Below, piece after piece: positions 41,901-53,900 of a DNA stretch of 64,000 bases (positions are counted from its first letter, which is position 1; each line of letters opens with the position of its first letter). The position numbers and the translations under genes were made by a program. The stretch comes from Ylistrum balloti (lineage: Eukaryota): NCBI RefSeq assembly GCF_031769215.1, contig NW_026782182.1, positions 186,001 through 250,000 on the forward strand. Reading direction: 5' to 3'. The notes under the pieces are model-generated. The model was not told the DNA's origin. It saw nothing but the letters and a program-made list of their open reading frames with translations, and searched no databases.

Positions 41901-44900
41901 AACTTGGTTAGAAGCCTTAGCTCGGGACAGCAGTTAATGTTACACAATTCACATTTGCATTATGTGTACAATATCGTTAAAGTTATGTTGCTTTTTTAAA
42001 AATAATTTCTATGACATGTTACAAGAACCATCGTAACTCAGGTGACAGTTAAGGCCCATGGGCCTCTTGTTGTTGAGTATTTAAGTTTGATAGATTTTGT
42101 GCCTTTTTGTTTGTTATGATATAGATATTTAAAATAAAACAACTGAATATTATTCCATACTTGAGTTATGATATAGGTATTTAAAAACTGAACTGAATAT
42201 TATTTCAAACATTAATATGAGCAAATTTACTAAATAATGTGTTGTCCATAAAATATGAGAAAGAACAATTCTTTTATAGTACTGCTAATTTATTTTGGTA
42301 AGAGAGCAAACTAGAACAGCAATGTTGAATAAGAAATGAGCATCCTATGTTATTGTGATGCCAGTTTCCACTCTGAATTATTGATAGTCAGAGAGCGTTG
42401 TTCTTCAAAGGAAAGATAATAGTGGGGTGAAGGTTGGATTTATTGATGAAAGATGTGGTGATGGAGGTTGGTGGAATCATAATGTAAAATGCCACACAAA
42501 ATTTCAGTTTATTTCACTGTTAGGAGAAGTAAGAGAAATAGAACTTAAAACTCTTACCTTATCAACCTAGCAAGAGGCTAACAAAATCTTTGCTTTAAGT
42601 GGGAGATTGGACAATCAAAAAAACATTTGTCCGTTTTTTAATTTATTTCTTTTTTTTTAAAACTGCAAAAGTTATATTTGATCTTTTTATGTGATGCAAG
42701 TCTCCTGTTACCAGGTAAATACAATACAAACATGGTGATACATTAATTACAGATATTGTTCAGTTGGCCTAAATTCAAAGTATGATATATTGATATTCTG
42801 ATGTATACTATTAAAATGTATTGTAACTTATTTACAACAGAGTTGTTTGTCATAACTATAACCTTCTGAAACTTAAAGACCCTGTTCTTTATGTGTGTTT
42901 TGTTGACCACAGGTTCTACAAGACCAACTAAAGAAGGATCGAGTGCAGTCGAATCCCTCATCAGCTCACAGTAGCCCAGTCAAACACTACAAGGTATGTA
43001 CTGTAGGATACCTGTCTTGTTCAGTGCTTGTTAAGTAGAATAGTCAAGATTGTTTGTCCATATTTGCCCTCTCAAGCATGTATAGGACAAGATCTTCTGT
43101 CTAAACTCAGTCTTGTCAAGCACTATAGGGTGGGATGGTCAAGAATATGGGTCCAATATGATGTATTCATATAGAAATATATTTCATGAAAGGAATGGAT
43201 ACTTGTTACACGTGTCATTCACAGTAATCTGTAGGTATGGTATGCTGGATACTTGTGACACGTGTCATTCACAGTAATCTGTAGGTATGGTATGCTGGAT
43301 ACTTGTGACATGTGTCATTCACAGTAATCTGTAGGTATGGTATGCTGGATACTTGTGACACGTGTCATTCACAGTAATCTGTAGGTATGGTATGCTGGAT
43401 ACTTGTGACATGTGTCATTCACAGTAATCTGTAGGTATGGTATGCTGGATACTTGTGACACGTGTCATTCACAGTAATCTGTAGGTATGGTATGCTGGAT
43501 ACTTTTGACACGTGTCATTCACAGTAATCTGTAGGTATGGTATGTTGGATACTTGTGACACGTGTCATTCACAGTAATCTGTAGGTATGGTATGCTGGAT
43601 ACTTGTGACACGTGTCATTCACAGTAATCTGTAGGTATGGTATGCTGGATACTTTTGACACGTGTCATTCACAGTAATCTGTAGGTATGGTATGCTGGAT
43701 ACTTGTGACACGTGTCATTCACAGTAATCTGTAGGTATGGTATGCTGGATACTTGTGACATGTGTCATTCACAGTAATCTGTAGGTATGGTATGCTGGAT
43801 ACTTGTGACACGTGTCATTCACAGTAATCTGTAGGTATGGTATGCTGGATACTTTTGACACGTGTCATTCACAGTAATCTGTAGGTATGGTATGCTGGAT
43901 ACTTGTGACACGTGTCATTCACAGTAATCTGTAGGTATGGTATGCTGGATACTTGTGACACGTGTCATTCACAGTAATCTGTAGGTATGGTATGCTGGAT
44001 ACTTTTGACACGTGTCATTCACAGTAATCTGTAGGTATGGTATGCTGGATACTTGTGACACGTGTCATTCACAGTAATTTGTGTGGACATGTGCAAATGA
44101 TTTTTACAAGATTATTTCATCTTCTCTACTGGGAAGAATTGTAGATTGTGATAAAACCTTGACCTAACACACCACCATTTTTTTACCTTGACTGAATTAA
44201 AATAAAGTTATAACTTCAAGATTGTGTATAATAATTTCTCATGAAGAACTAGCCTTCCTTGCTCTTTGTTAAGAAGATGGTTTGCAGATCGTTAATGTCC
44301 TTTTGAATTTAAAAGGAAGACAAAGTACGGACAATCTCTAACTGGAAATCTCTCCATAAATCATGCTGTGACAGACTTTCCGAAGCCAAACACTTCTTAA
44401 TCATTCAAGTACTAGTTTATGGTGCTGACCAAGTGGTAGAATAATGCATTCAAAGTAATTTTAAAGCTTGTTTAAATATTCATTGATTGTTTAATTTACA
44501 TTTGTTTTTGCAAATAAGGCAAAAAAAAATGTGAAAAGTAATCACTTCAATACAAATATTTTTTTCTGTGTATCTAAAATTTACATTAGTATCAAAGGTT
44601 GGGTATTTGTTTTTTTTACACATATATGTAAGGACCAATTTCCAGGTCTATAACTGTAAATAATACAATGTGCTTTTAAAGCCATCATGAAATGATCAGT
44701 TCTACTTTGAAATAAAGTCTCATAAGATATTAAAATGGGTGAAAAAAAATAAATAAATAAAATTGGAGTTATATCATCATGCCAAGATACATTACACAGT
44801 ACAAAAAACAGCATGTTCACTTATGACGGTTATTTCATGAGGATAAACTAATTCATGGTGTAAAGTATATCTGGGACAGAATACAATGATGTAGATCTGA

Positions 44901-47900
44901 CATTTAATTGTGAAATTGAATACTACCAGTTTCATTTTACTTCAGAATCATTTATAGTGTATTTTCATTGGTCTCAGATTACCACAATGTATTGTTCTAT
45001 TTAGAAAAAAAAAACCTGGAGAGCTAATCAGTTCTTATCCTTCAATATTTATTTTACAACAATTTTGAATTTTGAAACATAATATATATGCATAAGTATA
45101 TATAGATACATTGATTGCTGTGGAAGCTTTGAGTGGGTCTTACTGTGGAATAAAACTGAGGTTTTATGTAGTCAGACAGATGACCTTTGTACTTTTTCAC
45201 AGTTGATCAGTGTATCAGAGCCATTTCACCTTGGAAAAAGGAGAGCATGGTGCCTCTGCACCCACCCAACCCAACCTTCCATACATCTGTGTAATACCCT
45301 GCTCACAGTCATAATAGTTTGGGAGTATTAAGATTAATCAACATTATGTAACAAGTTATGAGTGTTTCTGAAGTAAACTGAAAGTATGTTGTTGGTATTA
45401 AAGCTTCCTATTGGCCACATTTTAAACAGTGTGGAAAAGTACCCCTGTAAGTTGACTAACTCATTCTCTACAAAATCCGGTCTGACCTTACGACTATCAC
45501 TTGTCTGATTCAAGACTTACTTGATCTGGTAAATTGTCAAAACAATTTGGATTCAATAAACAGGAGAAAAATGTCATTTTCTCTCTATTGTCTTATAAAA
45601 AGTGATTTAATTTTTTGTAAAATGCAAAACTTTCAAAGTATGATCAAAACCTTTTTTAAGCCCACTAATTCAGTAAAATGTCTCTGGATTCATAAGTTAT
45701 TAGTTCCTGATATTGTTGTACATCTAAATGGATATAGGTGTGGGATTACCAAGATGAAAATTGCTGATCTGTCAAAGTTTTGTCAATGAGTAATTCCAAT
45801 TGTAAGTTGATATATAAAACATCAGAGATAGCACTGCATTTGTCTTTGTAATCCAAAGGTTTTCTTGGGCATGGTTTGTCATTGAAAGAAAAATCTTCTA
45901 AGTAGCTCTTATCTGAGAAATCATTCATTTAAGGTAAAGAATATTTTATATTGTTCTAATAAATGTTATAATTAATTGTGTTATGTTAAAAATATGTACA
46001 AATGCTTTGTAGAATGTACAAAAATACGCAAAGTTTACTTACTGATAATGGTAATGTTAAGATTTTCATAAGTGATATCTTATGGTGAATATTGTGGTTT
46101 GTACTAATGGTGTTGTCAAACAGTAGGAGGCCAAAACTTGTAGATGGTCACCATATTCAAAAGAGATATAAAACCATACAGTGTTGTAGGAGGATAGCTG
46201 GGGTCTCTTCTGTTAGCTTTGTAGAAACCTAAATGAAGGGGCTGTACCAGTTATGATAATGGAGTATTTACTGTCTGTTTAATGGCTACCTTTCATCTAA
46301 CTGATCTCTTAATTTGTGATTCATTGAATTATAAATCATGGTGGCAGTGTAAGGTGTAACCTATGTCACATAAAAAAAAACTGTTGTTGTAGTATATCTA
46401 GTTTTTAACTCCCCAAGTCAAACTAGTGCGAAAGAAGTATCATAAATGACCTCAATCACATGACCACTGCAACAACATTATTAATGGCATGGAAACATGA
46501 CTGTTCTACTTGACAGGTTTCACTATGTGTAATGAATGTTTCTTTTGATTTAAACCAAGTTATTATTGGCATCAGAATGCAGTATGCATAGGAAATATAC
46601 TGGTAAAGTATTGAACTGCTGTGATATGGCGTTCATGGTCATTATGAATGGCAGAACTCTCTAGACAAACATCAGATTGTTCTAGCACACAATATTTCAA
46701 TGTTTAAACATTACCGAACAGTACCCAAGTCATAGCACCAAAGTGGTATACCAATCAGTACCCAAGTTGAAGTACAAACGTGGTATACAAAACAGTACCC
46801 AAACGGTAGTATCAGGGAGGTATACAAAACAATGTCTGAATTGTAGTACCAAAGTGGTATACTAGACAGGACCATCGTTTAGTACCACTGTGGTATATCA
46901 GACAGGACCGCGGTTTAGTAGTAGAGTGGTATACCAGACAGGACCGCCATTCTGTACTAGAGTGGTATACCAGACAGGACCGCGGTTTAGTAGTAGAGTG
47001 GTATACCAGACAGGACTGCCGTTCTGTACTAGAGTGGTATACCAGACAGGACCATCGTTTAGTACTAGAGTGGTATACCAGACAGGACCGCCGTTCTGTA
47101 CTAGAGTGGTATACCAGACAGGACTGCCGTTCTGTACTAGTGGTATACCAGACAGGACCGCCGTTCTGTACTAGAGTGGTATACCAGACAGGACCATCGT
47201 TTAGAATCAAGATGGTATACCAGACAATACCCAAGTTGTAATACCACTGTTGTAAAACAAACAGTACTTTATGTTTTAATTGTAATATGTATCATTCTAT
47301 TGAAGGACATGCTGGACGAATCACAGAAGCTAGTTAACGAAAAGGACAACACTATCCACCAGCTAAATGATGCATTGAAAGATAAGGAAAAACAACTACG
47401 CACATGTATGGGTATCTTCGATACACCACAGGTATTACTTATTACATATCTCCAAGGATTTCACATGTCAATGTTTCTGAAATTATCAAAATGACCTTTA
47501 GGAACATTGAAAGCACCTGTGTATTTAAGTGAGCAGGTATTAATTAGAAATATTTATAGGAACCTATCGTGTACTTTTATCCATAAATTTCATTATCCAA
47601 AATTTCATCTGAATGACTTGACAAAATAAGGTGGCTTAAAAGTACATTATTTATGTTTTAAGTACACTGTTCAGATTAGCTTAAATAGTGTATGGATTAT
47701 CTGGGGAGATATATTATGGCTGTAATGAGCTTCGTGAATTAGGAAATATCATAATTTTATTATAAGTCTAATAAGATTACACAACTTTTTTACAAACATG
47801 TGGTCTGAAAACTGTATAGACTATATACATGTAATATGCTTTGTAGATTTTGTCAAAAATAAAGTGTTACATACACCTGGCACCATGTCACAATCACTTA

Positions 47901-50900
47901 AGTACTTGTGAACTTAAATCTGACAGATGTATAATACATATATATATATATATATATAGATGTAACTTAATAATGCTTTGTGTATCGATAAGATATTCGA
48001 AAAGAATGAAATCAACATGGCAAATATATTCCGCTAACGTTTTCAGGCCTAACAGCCATCTTCAGGCGATAAATTTATTATAATGTCTTGGTAACAACAT
48101 TGTGACATCATACATAAGTATGCCTACAAAGTGACTTGGTATCCTGCCCTGTAAGAAATGAACAGTTTGTCTGGTTATGCATTTTGAAAAATGAAGTGTT
48201 TTTCAATTGACTTAAAATTTACTTCACACTTTCTTTGAATAATACCATGTAATATAAATATAGGTTTTTGTCTTGTTTTTCGAAAAATTTTGGTTGCCAT
48301 GGTAACAGGTTTTACTATAAATAGCCATTACTTCTTGGTCATTCAACAGATTTCATTAATTGACTATGATCAAATGGCATATCTAATTGAAACCTGTAGT
48401 AAGATACATGAAGTGTTTCAGAAACAGTTCCTATACCAACACAATCCTGGCCTCTGATCGGTCAAACTTAAGATATTGTCTTATTTTGACCAAGTTTGGA
48501 ATCAAGAAGCATTTGGTGATGCCAAACATCATTGTTTTTCATTGTCATGACAACCATACTGAGGTCTGATTGGTTTAAATTTAGATATTGCCCAATTTTG
48601 ACCAAATTTGGTTTATAGTGGCATTAGGGGATTCCAAACATCACTTGATATGTTTCATTGTCATGACAACTATACTGAGGCAAATTGTGACCTGTTATTG
48701 GTTGAAATTTAGACATTGTCTGAGTTTTACGTAATTTTGTATACAAAGGTAGTTTTGACCACATTTGGTATATAAAAGTCTTTGTGTCGGGAGAGGGTAT
48801 TCCTAAGGATGACGATTTTAGATGTTTTTGTACTAAGGATGTAATACATTAGGACATTGTATGATCAGTGTACTTAATATTAGCCGATTTGATGTTACAA
48901 GGAACAAAAGAAAAATGCAACAAACGAAGGTTGTGACAAAACTAACAATGATTTCCTTTACTGCTTTAGATAATAAAGAGACGAATATCAATGCGTCTGT
49001 GTTACAAGAACATGCTACAACAGATATTATTGTGAAGATAGTTGCTAGCTATTTGTAAAGATGGTTGATGTATTTTACCCTACAATTTAGTTAAAAATGA
49101 TAATATGTTATTGATGAAGGAGGTAGCCAGTGGTGAAATGATGGACAAACTGACCAGACAACTGAAGGAGAGTGACCTTGCACTAGCTGTAAGTTATCAA
49201 ACCATTCTGCTCGTTCATATTCCCATTTGTTTATCATTAGACCTTGTTTAAAAAACATTCTCGTGATGCACCCACTTGCATCAAAGTTGGAAGAGGGAAT
49301 TGAGTGGATATTTCATAATACTTTATATATTTGTCATTAAGTCCATGTCTACATATTTGTCATTAAGTCCATGTCTATATATTTGTCATTAAGTCCATGT
49401 CTACATATTTGTCATTAAGTCCATGTCTATATATATGTCATCAAGTTCATGTCTGTATATCGTCAACAATATATCATATCCTGCATTAAGCCAATCTCAA
49501 GCTCCATACTTTGAGCCAGAGTTGAGGTAATGGTTCACTTATTGTCAGATATTCACTCTATAGGAAAATAGTTATATAACCATCATGGAATGTGCAAATG
49601 GAAAAATTTTCATTGAATTATATAATTATTCAGTAGACAGATTATGTATTAACCTCAAAATGGTTTGCTTGAGTTTCTTGGACTAAAAAAGGATTCTTGG
49701 TCTTGATGTAATTATGGTATTTAATTGTATTTTGTCTTTGTTCCACCAGAGGGCATTAGATGAACATACAAAGGTGGTCACAGAGAAAGAAAAGAAGTTT
49801 GAGGAGTTAAAGCTGGCCCTGAGTGACAAGGAGGCAGACATTGCCAGGGCTAATAAGATGCTCATTACTGCAGAGGACACCATTGATGTAGGTTCCTTGT
49901 TCTCTCCTCAGATAATCAACTTTAGATCTGTTCACATCTTAACTAATTCTAGTATTGTCTAAGTTCTACCAATTTTTACTAACTGTAAATGATCTACTCA
50001 CTGCTAGGTTTTGTCACATCCTATCCAGTATTAGCCTTGACTGCATTTTATCCAGTACTAGGGTAGCCCACATTTGTCCAACATCCTACCCAGTGTTGGC
50101 TTAGCCCACACTTGTCCCACATCCTACCCAGTAGGAGCTTAGCCCACACTTGTTCCACATCCTACCCAGTGGTAGCTTAGCCCACATTTGTCCAACATCC
50201 TACCCAGTAGTAGGGTAGCCCACACTTGTCCCACATCCTGCCAAGTAGTAGATTAGCCCACACTTGTCCAACATCTTTCTCTGTGGTAGATTAGCCCACA
50301 CTTGTCCCACATCCTACCCAGTAGTAGCTTAGCCCACACTTGTCCCACATCCTATGCAGTAGTAGCTTAGCCCACACTTGTCCCACATCCTAACCAGTAG
50401 TAGCTTAGCCCACACTTGTCACACATCCTAACCAATATAAGCCTTGCCTGCATTTTATCCAGTAGTAGGGTAGCCCACACTTGTCCCACATCCTTCCAAG
50501 TGGTAGATTAGCCCACACTTGTCCCACATCCTGCCTTGTGGTAGCTTAGCCCACACTTGTCCCACATCCTGCCAAGTAGTAGCTTAGCCCACACTTGTCC
50601 CACATCCTAACCAGTAGCAGCTTAGCCCACACTTGTCCCACATCTTTCTCTGTGGTAGATTAGTCCAAACTTGTCCAACATCTTTCTCTGTGGTAGATTA
50701 GCCCACACTTGTTCCACATCCTACCCAGTAGTAGCTTAGCCCACACTTGTCACACATCCTACCCAGTAATAGCTTAGCCTTGCCTACATTTTATCCAGTA
50801 GTAACATAGCCCACACTTGTCTCACATCCTGCCCAGTAGTAGCTTAGCCCACACTTGTCCCACATCCTACCCAGTAGTAGCTTAGCCCATAGTTGTCTAA

Positions 50901-53900
50901 CATCCTAGCCAATTGTTGCTTTGCCCACATCATACCCAGTAACAGCCTTAACCACATCCAATGCATTAAAGAGATTTGCCTATATCCTAACAAGTTGTAA
51001 CCTCGCCTTCACCTCACACAATAGAATCCCAAGAAGTGACACTTTCTTTACCCACACTTAACAATAGTGCAGACATGTAAAATATTAAATTACTGAATTT
51101 TAGTGGTCCACAAGGTAAAATGTTTAAAATGTTTTGAAGCAGTACTGTCTGCCAAGTCAAGTAAGGATTTGCTCTGCAGTCAAAGGTGAATGTGCCAACT
51201 TATTCATCATTACATGACCTATTGGAAGTCAATTATTGAATTTCTGCAAGGTATTGGTGGTAGCTGGTACAGCCCAGGTGCATAATACAGAAGAGTTTTA
51301 CAAAGAGATTGTGATAGTAAGACATTGCATTGTTGAGTGGTGAAGTATTTATGGACTAGAAGTACCACTAACAGCCCAGATTGTGTTGTGTTTATTGTAT
51401 TTATTGTGTATGCACCTTTCTTACAGACATACATTTTGTTTTTACTGGTTAAGTTTTGTCCATATATGATTGCTGTAATCAACTTGCTTATTTTTATTCT
51501 GTAGAATTAGAGCTGTTGAATTAACCACTAAATTATCATTTTCTTTTTCATTAGTGTTTGGAGAAGGCAAACAAGGAGAAAGAAAACAGTTTGAGCAAAG
51601 CCACAGACAGAATGAAAGCTGCTGAACAAGCATTAGAGGTATACATCTGTAAATTGGGGCATTGCTCTCAGCGTTGGTCTAATAGTGATAAATTAAAACA
51701 CTGATAAATAGAAATAAAAAGGACCCTATGAAATATTTGTCTTATTTGATGGTTCGACTTAGCCGTGTTTCTGTGAATAGAGACATTGTGCAATGAAGAT
51801 TGACCCTATTTTCATAGGTTGTTTACTGGAGACATGTCTCAAAGCATAGCATGATGGTAATGAATAAGTGATAAGCACCCACTGTCATACTCATAACTTA
51901 GGAAATCCATACCTAAAGCAAAACAAGTATTCTACTCACATTTATATCCTAAGTGTAACAAGTCCCGTCAACAATATTTTAAAATAAAACTCAATGAATA
52001 TGTACTCATGAATGTTCTCGAATGATATAACATGGAAAGCACAGAGATTGGTTACAAAAAGGCAAAGGCCACAACAATGTCAATGTCTTAGAGTGTATAC
52101 CGTTAAACAGAATAAACTAAAACTTGCAGTTTGTATATCTACATGTACGTATATCCAGTAAATGTATTTAATCCTAAAATAATGTGTCAGAGACCAACCA
52201 GTATTTTCATTGATCTGAATCGGGGCTGAAGTTATCGCTTGTTTTCCAGCAATGATACGCATAAAAAAGTAAATAGAACACAGTCGATGTAGGATTAACA
52301 GACTGCATTGTGTTTTATTTAAAGTTTGGTTGTCTTATTCTTTATGAATTCAAATTTCACCAGTGCACGTGTTAAAATGCAGAGATTAATGTTCGATCCA
52401 GACTTACAATAGGACTCACTAACACAGATAGGACATACCAATCACACTCTGTCAATCAAACCAAAACCAGGAAATTTTTACCCGAGACCAGGTGACTCCT
52501 GAATGTTTGAAACAGAAAAGGAAATTTGGTAGATTTTCAAAAGGATGGTCTACAAAACATATTCAACACATACAATATTCAACTCAACACTGTTCGAATC
52601 ATCAGTGTTTAATTAACTAAAATAAAAAAGAGAAAAAATTGGAACCAAACTCATTCAATGTATTAGATTCAAAAGTGTTCAACACAAGCAAGTTTCACTT
52701 AATTTCACATATGTCTTGTTTATGCTACATACATTTATTCACCTTGATAAGGAAAGTATCTAATAGTTTAATATTTTATAGACAGTGTATATACAAAATG
52801 GTTTTTTTTCTTTAGTAGATTTAGTACAGTTATTGTAAGACCATCAGAATGGGATAGAGTATATCATAACCATACTGTCGTTAAAGTTAGAAATTTTATC
52901 CTTTTGATATTTGTGATTTATGAAGAATCTTACAATTTGCTATATCAAATGTTTTACTTTTTTCATAGGATGCCAAGCAGAGTTACAGACAGGCTCTAGC
53001 AGAAAAGGATTCTATCATTGGTCGTCTTCAGGACTCTATTGGGGACAAGGAAGCTCTTCTCAAGGTAAACACAGTTTTCTCCCTTTGATATCAGTCACCG
53101 TCATCAACATTTTCTCGAGAACTGACAGTATTTAAAGCAGTTTGGTAATATAATAAAGGAGTTATATAAAGAAATAAAACAGGACATACTCATTGGCAGC
53201 AAAGAACTGGTGGAGCAGTATATCTTCTGGAATCTAGAGCAAACCTGATGGTGTTTATCCCAGTGTGTATAGGAGAAAGTAGGTGTGATTGTTTGTCTGA
53301 AAAGCTGTGCTATTTATAATGGTTATAAATGACATATAAGACAGGTCAAAACATTTTCAATATGTTTACTGTAGTTTTTAATCCTTGTTATCTAGGAAAC
53401 AATGAAGAGAGCCCCAATGACAACAGATGAGGTCATGGACTTAAAGAAAACACTTCAGAACAAGGACCGTGCTTTACAGGTGAGTTTGATGATATTTACA
53501 CAACTTAATTACCCTACAGCAAATATGTTGAAATTTTACAGAAATGACTCTGTGACTGACATTACCCTGATCTGGTTTATTAGGTGACAAAGAGTGCATT
53601 CTCTATAGTATTAAAGGGAATAGTGTTATAATGGATCTACTTTGAAATTGATGTTTTCTCAACATTTTAAGACATAGCAGATTTAGTGATTTTACCTCAA
53701 AAGCTTAGGACTTGGGATACCTTTTCTGTTTCCCCTTGCAAAATAATTTTTGAAAATTCAACAGATTAAATGAGAAGAAAGACCAATTTCAATGTTTAGT
53801 GCTAATTTTCAAATATTGGAAATTGGATGAGATAATTCTACCAGATTTGACACAAAGTAATTTTGATTTAACTTTTATTACAAACTAATTATTATAAATG

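Noticed and set aside
46812-47234. 140-aa and 94-aa ORFs
   Set aside because: Product of the 36-bp minisatellite.
17496-50900. Regular repeat arrays as CRISPR loci
   Set aside because: Units are head-to-tail with no unique spacers, there are no cas genes, and the context is a spliced eukaryotic gene.
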